Below the pieces are notes generated by a model that had not been told where the DNA came from, ran no database searches, and saw only the letters and a list, made by a program, of their open reading frames with translations. Below, one piece after another: positions 55,101 through 64,000 of a DNA stretch of 64,000 nucleotides. The translations under genes were made by a program, and so were the position numbers. Every line of letters starts with the position of its first letter. The stretch's first letter is position 1. The DNA is from the human T2T-CHM13v2.0 reference genome, Homo sapiens. The DNA is taken from NCBI RefSeq assembly GCF_009914755.1, contig NC_060948.1; one strand, 5' to 3'.

Positions 55101-58100
55101 GAATGGAGTGCAGTGCAATGGAATGGAATGGAATGGAATGCAATGGAATGGAATGGAATGGAATGGAATGGAATGGAATGGAATGGAATGGGATGGAATG
55201 GTATGGAATGGATAGTAATGGACTGGAGTGAAATGGACTGGAAAGGAATGGACCCAAATTGAAAGGTCTCGAAAGGAATGGAGTCAAATGGAATGGTCTG
55301 GAATGGAATGAACACGAATGTAATGCAACCCAATAGAATGGAATCGAATGGCATGGAATATAAAGAAATGGAATCGAAGAGAATGGAAACAAATGGAATG
55401 GAATTGAATGGAATGGAATTGAATGGAATGGGAACGAATGGAGTGAAATTGTATGCAGTAGAAGAGAATAGAATGGAATGCAAGCGAAAGGAAAGGAATG
55501 CATTGGAATGGAATGGAATTCATTGGAATGGAAGGGAATGTAGTGTAATGGACAGGCCTGGAATAAAGTGGAATGCTACGGTCTCGAATGGAATAAAAAT
55601 GTATGGAATGGAATGCAATGAAACGGAATCGAATGTCATAGAATGTAATGGAATGCAAAAAAATGGAATCCAAAATCATTGACAGGAAAGGCTGGGTTTC
55701 GAAAGGAATTGACTCCAATGGAATGGAATCGAATGGAATGGAAGTGAATAGAATCGAACTAAATCGAATGGAATGGAATTGATAGGAACGGAATGGAAAG
55801 GAATGCAATGATTTGGCATGGAATGGAATCGAATGGCATCGAATGGAATGCAATGGAATGGAATGTATTAGAATGTAATGAACTTTAATGGAATGTACTC
55901 GAATGGATTCGACTGGAATGGAATGTTCTGGAAGTGAATGGACTCCAATGGAATGGATTCAAAAGGAATGGAATCGTACGGAATGTAATCTAATGGAATG
56001 GAATTAAATGGAAATGAATCAAATTGAATAGCACGGAATTGAATTGAATGGAATGGAATGCAATGGAATCTAATGAAACGGAAAGGAAAGGAATGGAATG
56101 GAATGGAATGGGCTGGAATGGAAAGGAATCGAAACGAATGGAATGGAATCGAAGTGAAGAGACTGCAATGGAATGCACTGGAATGGAAGGTTCTCGAAAT
56201 AAATGGAATCGAATGGAATGGAATTGAATGGAACGGAATAGTGTCGAATGGAATTGAATGGAATGGAATGGACTAGAGTGAAATGGAATCGAACCACAAG
56301 GAATGGACAGGAATAGAATGGTCTCGAATTGAATGGAATCGTATGGAATGGCATCAAACGGAATGGAATGGACAGCCACGGAATGGAATGCACTCGAATG
56401 CAATGGAGTCGAAACTAATGGACTGGAATAGAATGGACTCGACTGGTACGGACTCCAATGGAATGGAATCGAATGGAAGGGAATCGAACGGAAGGGAATC
56501 GAACGGAATGGACTCGAAGGGAAAAGACTGCAATGGAAAGGTCTCGAATGGAATGGAAATTAATGGAATGGAATGGAATCGAATGAAATGGAGTCAAAAG
56601 GAATGGAATCGAATGGCAAGAAATCGAATGTAATGGAATCGCCAGGAATTGATGTGAACGGAACGGAATGGAATGGAATCCAAAGGAATGGAATAGAATG
56701 GAATGGAATCGAATGGAAAGGACTCGAATGGAAATCACTCGAATAGAATGCAATTTAATAAAATAGGATCAAATGTAATGGAATGGAATGGAAAGGAATC
56801 GAAAGAAAGGAATGGAGACAGATGGAATGGAATGGAACAGAGAACAATGGTATAGAATGGAATGGAATCATCTGGAATGGAATTGAATGGAATGGAATAA
56901 TATGAAATGGAATGGAATGGAATGGAATGGAATGCCCTTGAATTAAATGGACTGGAATGGAATGGACTCAAACAGAGTGGAATGGAAAGTGTGGAGATAG
57001 AATGGAATGAACTCCTTTGGAATGGTGTAGTATGCAATGCAATCGACTGGCAGGGAATCAAAAGGAATGTAATCGAATGGATTGGACTGGAATGCAATGG
57101 ACTCGAATAGATTGGAAACGGAATGCAAAGGAATGGAATGGAATAGTATGGAATGCAATGGAAGGGAATGGAGTGGAATAGACTAGAGTGGAATGGAATG
57201 GACTGGAAAGCAATGGACTGGAATGGAACTTTCTTGGATGGACTGGAATCAAACGGAATGGAATGCAATGCAATCAAATGGCATGGAATAAAATAGAATG
57301 AAAGAGAATCAAATGGAATTGAATCGAATGGAATCGAATGGATTGGAAAGGAATAGAATGGAATGGAATGGAATTGACTCAAATGGAATGGACTAGAATG
57401 GAATGGATTCGAATGGAAGGCAAAGGAATGGAATCTATTGGAATGGACTGTAATGGAATGGAATGGAAGGGATTGGAATGGACTCGAATGGAATGGACTG
57501 CAATAGAAAGGATTCGAATGGAATGAAAAAGAATTGAATGGAATAGAACAGAATGGAATCAAATCGAATGAAATGGAATGGAATAGAAAGGAATGGAATG
57601 AAATGGAATGGAAAGGATTCGAATGGAATGCAATCGAATGGAATGGAATCGAACGGAATGGAATAAAATGGAAGAAAACTGGCAAGAAATGGAATCGAAA
57701 TGAATGGAGTGTTATGGAACGGACTCAAAAGGAATTGAATGTAATAGAATGGAGTGGAGTGGACTCGAATATAATGGACTGGAATGGAATGAAATCACAT
57801 GGAATGGGAACGAATGGAATGGAATGGAAAGGAATGGAATCGAATGGAAAGGAATCGAATGGAAGGGAATGAAATTGAATCAACAGGAATGGAAGGGAAT
57901 AGAATAGACGGTAATGGAATGGACTCGAATAGAATGGACACGAATGCTCAAATTAAATGGACTCGAATGGAATGGAAACGAAAGGAATGTCATCGAATGG
58001 AATTGAATCGATTGGAATGAAATCGCATAGAATGGAGTGGAATCAAATGGAATTGAATCGAAAGGAAAGGAAGCGAATGGACTGAAATGAAATGGAATGG

Positions 58101-60891
58101 AATTGAATGGAAAGTAATGCAATGGAATAGAATGGAACGAAATTTCACGGAATGGAATCAAACTGAATGGAATCAAATCAATGGAATCAAATCAAATGGA
58201 ATGGAAAGGAATTGAATGGAGTAGATGGGATTGGATGGGATTGGAATGAAATGTACTGGAAAGGACTCGAATTTCATGAAACAGAATGGAATGAATTGGA
58301 ACGGAATGGACTCGAATGGAATGGAATGTCATGGGATGGCATCAAATGGAATGACATCAAATGGAATGGAATCGAATGCAATGGAATGCTATGGAATGGA
58401 ATGGAATGCATTGGAATGGAATGTCCTCTAATGGAATGGATTCGAGTGGAATGGAATCGAATATAATGGAGTCGAATGAAATGGAATTGAAAGGAATGGG
58501 ATCGAATACAATGGAATATACTGGAATGTAACGTAATGAACTCGAATGTAATTGACTGGAATGGAATGTACATGAATGGAATGTAATCGAATGGAAAGTA
58601 ATCGAATGGAATAGAATCTAATGCAATAAAATCGACTCAGATAGAGTAGAATGTAATGGAATGGAGTGCAGTGCAATGGAATGGAATGGAATGGAATGCA
58701 ATGGAATGGAATGGAATGGAATGGAATGGAATGGGATGGAATGGTATGGAATGGATAGTAATGGACTGGAGTGAAATGGACTGGAAAGGAATGGACTCAA
58801 ATTGAAAGGGCTCGAAAGGAATGGAGTCAAATGGAATGGTCTGGAATGGAATGAACACGAATGTAATGCAACCCAATAGAATGGAATCGAATGGCATGGA
58901 ATATAAAGAAATGGAATCGAAGAGAATGGAAACAAATGGAATGGAATTGAATGGAATGGAATTGAATGGAATGGGAACGAATGGAGTGAAATTGTATGCA
59001 GTAGAAGAGAATAGAATGGAATGCAAGCGAAAGGAAAGGAATGGATTGGAATGGAATGGAATTCATTGGAATGGAAGGGAATGTAGTGTAATGGACAGGC
59101 CTGGAATAAAGTGGAATGCTACGGTCTCGAATGGAATAAAAATGTATGGAATGGAATGCAATGAAACGGAATCGAATGTCATAGAATGTAATGGAATGCA
59201 AAAAAATGGAATCCAAAATCATTGACTGGAAAGGCTGGGTGTCAAAAGGAATTGACTCCAATGGAATGGAATCGAATGAAATGGAAGTGAATAGAATCGA
59301 ACTAAATCGAATGGAATGGAATTGATAGGAACGGAATGGAAAGGAATGCAATGATTTGGCATGGAATGGAATCGAATGGCATCGAATGGAATGGAATGGA
59401 ATGCAATGGAATGGAATGTATTAGAATGTAATGAACTTTAATGGAATGTACTCGAATGGATTCGACTGGAATGGAATGTTCTGGAAGTGAATGGACTCCA
59501 ATGGAATGGATTCCAAAGGAATGGAATCGTACGGAATGGAATCTAATGGAATGGAATTAAATGGAAATGAATCAAATTGAATAGCACGGAATTGAATTGA
59601 ATGGAATGGAATGCAATGGAATCTAATGAAACGGAAAGGAAAGGAATGGAATGGAATGGAATGGGCTGGAATGGAAAGGAATCGAAACGAATGGAATGGA
59701 ATCGAAGTGAAGAGACTGCAATGGAATGCACTGGAATGGAAAGTTCTCGAAAAAAATGGAATCGAATGGAATGGAATTGAATGGAACGGAATAGTGTCGA
59801 ATGGAATTGAATGGAATGGAATGGACTAGAGTGAAATGGAATCGAACCACAAGGAATGGACAGGAATAGAATGGTCTCGAATTGAATGGAATCGTATGGA
59901 ATGGCATCAAACGGAATGGAATGGACAGCCACGGAATGGAATGCACTCGAATGCAATGGAGTCGAAACTAATGGACTGGAATAGAATGGACTCGACTGGT
60001 ACGGACTCCAATGGAATGGAATCGAATGGAAGGGAATCGAACGGAAGGGAATCGAACGGAATGGACTCGAAGGGAAAAGACTGCAATGGAAAGGTCTCGA
60101 ATGGAATGGAAATTAATGGAATGGAATGGAATCGAATGAAATGGAGTCAAAAGGAATGGAATCGAATGGCAAGAAATCGAATGTAATGGAATCGCCAGGA
60201 ATTGATGTGAACGGAACGGAATGGAATGGAATCCAAAGGAATGGAATAGAATGGAATGGAATCGAATGGAAAGGACTCGAATGGAAATCACTCGAATAGA
60301 ATGCAATTTAATAAAATAGGATCAAATGTAATGGAATGGAATGGAAAGGAATCGAAACGAAAGGAATGGAGACAGATGGAATGGAATGGAACAGAGAGCA
60401 ATGGTATAGAATGGAATGGAATCATCTGGAATGGAATTGAATGGAATGGAATAATATGAAATGGAATGGAATGGAATGGAATGGAATGCCCTTGAATTAA
60501 ATGGACTGGAATGGAATGGACTCAAACAGAGTGGAATGGAAAGTGTGGAGATAGAATGGAATGAACTCCTTTGGAATGGTGTAGTTTGCAATGCAATCGA
60601 CTGGCAGGGAATCAAAAGGAATGTAATCGAATGGATTGGACTGGAATGCAATGGACTCGAATAGATTGGAAACGGAATGCAAAGGAATGGAATGGAATAG
60701 TATGGAATGCAATGGAAGGGAATGGAGTGGAATAGACTAGAGTGGAATGGAATGGACTGGAAAGCAATGGACTGGAATGGAACTTTCTTGGATGGACTGG
60801 AATCAAACGGAATGGAATGCAATGCAATCAAATGGCATGGAATAAAATAGAATGAAAGAGAATCAAATGGAATTGAATCGAATGGAATCGA
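43110..60891 (+). repeat. DYZ1 units U13-U17 (3558, 3549, 3563, 3558, 3554 bp), A/B chimeric then B
   Basis: Anchors at 43110, 46668, 50217, 53780, 57338, 60892. Lineage-diagnostic alleles alternate within U13-U15. Confidence 0.88.
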
Positions 60892-63510
60892 ATGGATTGG
60901 AAAGGAATAGAATGGAATGGAATGGAATTGACTCAAATGGAATGGACTAGAATGGAATGGATTCGAATGGAAGGCAAAGGAATGGAATCTATTGGAATGG
61001 ACTGTAATGGAATGGAATGGAAGGGATTGGAATGGACTCGAATGGAATGGACTGCAATAGAAAGGATTCGAATGGAATGAAAAAGAATTGAATGGAATAG
61101 AACAGAATGGAATCAAATCGAATGAAATGGAATGGAATAGAAAGGAATGGAATGAAATGGAATGGAAAGGATTCGAATGGAATGCAATCGAATGGAATGG
61201 AATCGAACGGAATGGAATAAAATGGAAGAAAACTGGCAAGAAATGGAATCGAAATGAATGGAGTGTTATGGAACGGACTCAAAAGGAATTGAATGTAATA
61301 GAATGGAGTGGAGTGGACTCGAATATAATGGACTGGAATGGAATGAAATCACATGGAATGGGAACGAATGGAATGGAATGGAAAGGAATGGAATCGAATG
61401 GAAAGGAATCGAATGGAAGGGAATGAAATTGAATCAACAGGAATGGAAGGGAATAGAATAGACGGTAATGGAATGGACTCGAATAGAATGGACACGAATG
61501 CTCAAATTAAATGGACTCGAATGGAATGGAAACGAAAGGAATGTCATCGAATGGAATTGAATCGATTGGAATGAAATCGCATAGAATGGAGTGGAATCAA
61601 ATGGAATTGAATCGAAAGGAAAGGAAGCGAATGGACTGAAATGAAATGGAATGGAATTGAATGGAAAGTAATGCAATGGAATAGAATGGAACGAAATTTC
61701 ACGGAATGGAATCAAACTGAATGGAATCAAATCAATGGAATCAAATCAAATGGAATGGAAAGGAATTGAATGGAGTAGATGGGATTGGATGGGATTGGAA
61801 TGAAATGTACTGGAAAGGACTCGAATTTCATGAAACGGAATGGAATGAATTGGAACGGAATGGACTCGAATGGAATGGAATGTCATGGGATGGCATCAAA
61901 TGTAATGGCATCAAATGGAATGGAATCGAATGCAATGGAATGCTATGGAATGGAATGGAATGCATTGGAATGGAATGTCCTCTAATGGAATGGATTCGAG
62001 TGGAATGGAATCGAATATAATGGAGTCGAATGAAATGGAATTGAAAGCAATGGGATCGAATACAATGGAATATACTGGAATGTAACGTAATGAACTCGAA
62101 TGTAATTGACTGGAATGGAATGTACATGAATGGAATGTAATCGAATGGAAAGTAATCGAATGGAATAGAATCTAATGCAATAAAATCGACTCAGATAGAG
62201 TAGAATGTAATGGAATGGAGTGCAGTGCAATGGAATGGAATGGAATGGAATGCAATGGAATGGAATGGGCTGGAATGGAAAGGAATCGAAACGAATGGAA
62301 TGGAATCGAACTGAAGAGACTGGAATGGAATGCACTGGAATGGAAGGGAGTGTAATGGAAGGTTCTCGAAAAAAATGGAATCGAATGGAATGGAATTGAA
62401 TGGAACGGAATAGAGTCGAATGGAATTGAATGGAATGGAATGGACTAGAGTGAAATGGAATCGAACCACAAGGAATGGACAGGAATAGAATGGTCTCGAA
62501 TTGAATGGAATCGTATGGAATGGCATCAAACGGAATGGAATGGACAGCCACGGAATGGAATGCACTCGAATGCAATGGAGTCGATACTAATGGACTGGAA
62601 TAGAATGGACTCGACTGGTACGGACTCCAATGGAATGGAATCGAATGGAAGGGAATCGAACGGAAGGGAATCGAACGGAATGGACTCGAAGGGAAAAGAC
62701 TGCAATGGAAAGGTCTCGAATGGAATGGAAATTAATGGAATGGAATGGAATCGAATGAAATGGAGTCAAAAGGAATCGAATCGAATGGCAAGAAATCGAA
62801 TGTAATGGAATCGCCAGGAATTGATGTGAACGGAACGGAATGGAATGGAATCCAAAGGAATGGAATAGAATGGAATGGAATCGAATGGAAAGGACTCGAA
62901 TGGAAATCACTCGAATAGAATGCAATTTAATAAAATAGGATCAAATGTAATGGAATGGAATGGAAAGGAATCGAAACGAAAGGAATGGAGACAGATGGAA
63001 TGGAATGGAACAGAGAGCAATGGTATAGAATGGAATGGAATCATCTGGAATGGAATTGAATGGAATGGAATAATATGAAATGGAATGGAATGGAATGGAA
63101 TGGAATGCCCTTGAATTAAATGGACTGGAATGGAATGGACTCAAACAGAGTGGAATGGAAAGTGTGGAGATAGAATGGAATGAACTCCTTTGGAATGGTG
63201 TAGTATGCAATGCAATAGACTGGCAGGGAATCAAAAGGAATGTAATCGAATGGATTGGACTGGAATGCAATGGACTCGAATAGATTGGAAACGGAATGCA
63301 AAGGAATGGAATGGAATAGTATGGAATGCAATGGAAGGGAATGGAGTGGAATAGACTAGAGTGGAATGGAATGGACTGGAAAGCAATGGACTGGAATGGA
63401 ACTTTCTTGAATGGACTGGAATCAAACGGAATGGAATGCAATGCAATCAAATGGCATGGAATAAAATAGAATGAAAGAGAATCAAATGGAATTGAATCGA
63501 ATGGAATCGA
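60892..63510 (+). repeat. Internally deleted DYZ1 unit U18 (2619 bp)
   Basis: Anchor spacing is 63511-60892=2619. GAGTGCAGTGCAAT (~62218) is followed within 50 bp by GGGCTGG (62267), whereas these are ~1 kb apart in all other units. Confidence 0.93.
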
Positions 63511-64000
63511 ATGGATTGGAAAGGAATAGAATGGAATGGAATGGAATTGACTCAAATGGAATGGACTAGAATGGAATGGATTCGAATGGAAGGCAAAGGA
63601 ATGGAATCTATTGGAATGGACTGTAATGGAATGCAATGGAAGGGATTGGAATGGACTCGAATGGAATGGACTGCAATAGAAAGGATTCGAATGGAATGAA
63701 AAAGAATTGAATGGAATAGAACAGAATGGAATCAAATCGAATGAAATGGAATGGAATAGAAAGGAATGGAATGAAATGGAATGGAAAGGATTCGAATGGA
63801 ATGCAATCGAATGGAATGGAATCGAACGGAATGGAATAAAATGGAAGAAAACTGGCAAGAAATGGAATCGAAATGAATGGAGTGTTATGGAACGGACTCA
63901 AAAGGAATTGAATGTAACAGAATGGAGTGGAGTGGACTCGAATATAATGGACTGGAATGGAATGAAATCACATGGAATGGGAACGAATGGAATGGAATGG
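63511..64000 (+). repeat. Partial DYZ1 unit U19, truncated by the window edge
   Basis: Same anchor sequence; carries the GTAACAG allele seen in U8-U11. Confidence 0.9.

Larger units (their letters stand above)
1..64000 (+). repeat. DYZ1: Human satellite 3 (HSat3) array, diverged (GGAAT)n pentamer, DYZ1 family of Yq12 heterochromatin
   Basis: GGAAT and variants (CGAAT, GGACT, GCAAT, TGAAT) fill the window on one strand. Landmarks (CAGCCACGG, GCCCTTG, AGGCCTGG, GGCTGGGTGTC, CAATTTAATAAAATAGG) recur every ~3.56 kb. This matches the known 3564 bp DYZ1 unit with one HaeIII site. Confidence 0.96.

Noticed and set aside
18-63901. Hundreds of ORFs up to 321 aa (MEWNG- and FHSIP-rich), some reported as starting with M
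   Set aside because: They are direct translations of (GGAAT)n and (ATTCC)n, which lack stop codons. They occur in all frames, repeat with the unit, and are freely frameshifted by 1 bp and 5 bp indels. There is no domain or gene structure.
1-64000. CRISPR-like array or prokaryotic repeat system
   Set aside because: There is no constant repeat with unique spacers and no cas-like ORFs. The sequence is eukaryotic satellite.
1-64000. HSat2, or HSat3 from chr9 or the acrocentric chromosomes
   Set aside because: HSat2 CATTCGATTC-type periodicity is not dominant. The ~3.56 kb unit with a single HaeIII site and DYZ1 landmarks points to the Y family, although chromosome assignment needs alignment.
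1-64000. DYZ2 (HSat1B/Alu-containing) blocks, Alu/L1 insertions or inversions known from Yq12
   Set aside because: I saw no AT-rich 2.4 kb units, Alu sequence, poly(A) tails or switch to the CATTC strand.

Overview
The whole 64 kb window is human satellite 3 (HSat3): a diverged (GGAAT)n/(CATTC)n pentamer array in one orientation, organised as about 18 head-to-tail units of about 3.56 kb. Unit length, the single HaeIII/StuI site per unit and the landmark sequence GGACAGGCCTGGAATAAAGTGGA identify it as DYZ1 of Yq12 heterochromatin. Units are numbered from a recurring anchor: U1 274, U2 3837, U3 7410, U4 10964, U5 14527, U6 18075, U7 21663, U8 25227, U9 28821, U10 32400, U11 35979, U12 39557, U13 43110, U14 46668, U15 50217, U16 53780, U17 57338, U18 60892, U19 63511 (partial). 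I see no credible gene, RNA gene, transposon, DYZ2 unit or inversion, and all ORFs are pentamer translation artefacts. I found no new protein-coding system. The interesting content is array evolution: two interleaved unit lineages, two 7.1 kb dimer duplications, a recent run of near-identical 3579 bp units, a hypervariable pure GGAAT tract, and a ~0.95 kb deletion with 22 bp microhomology that coincides with a haplotype switch. All comparisons were made by eye, without alignment.
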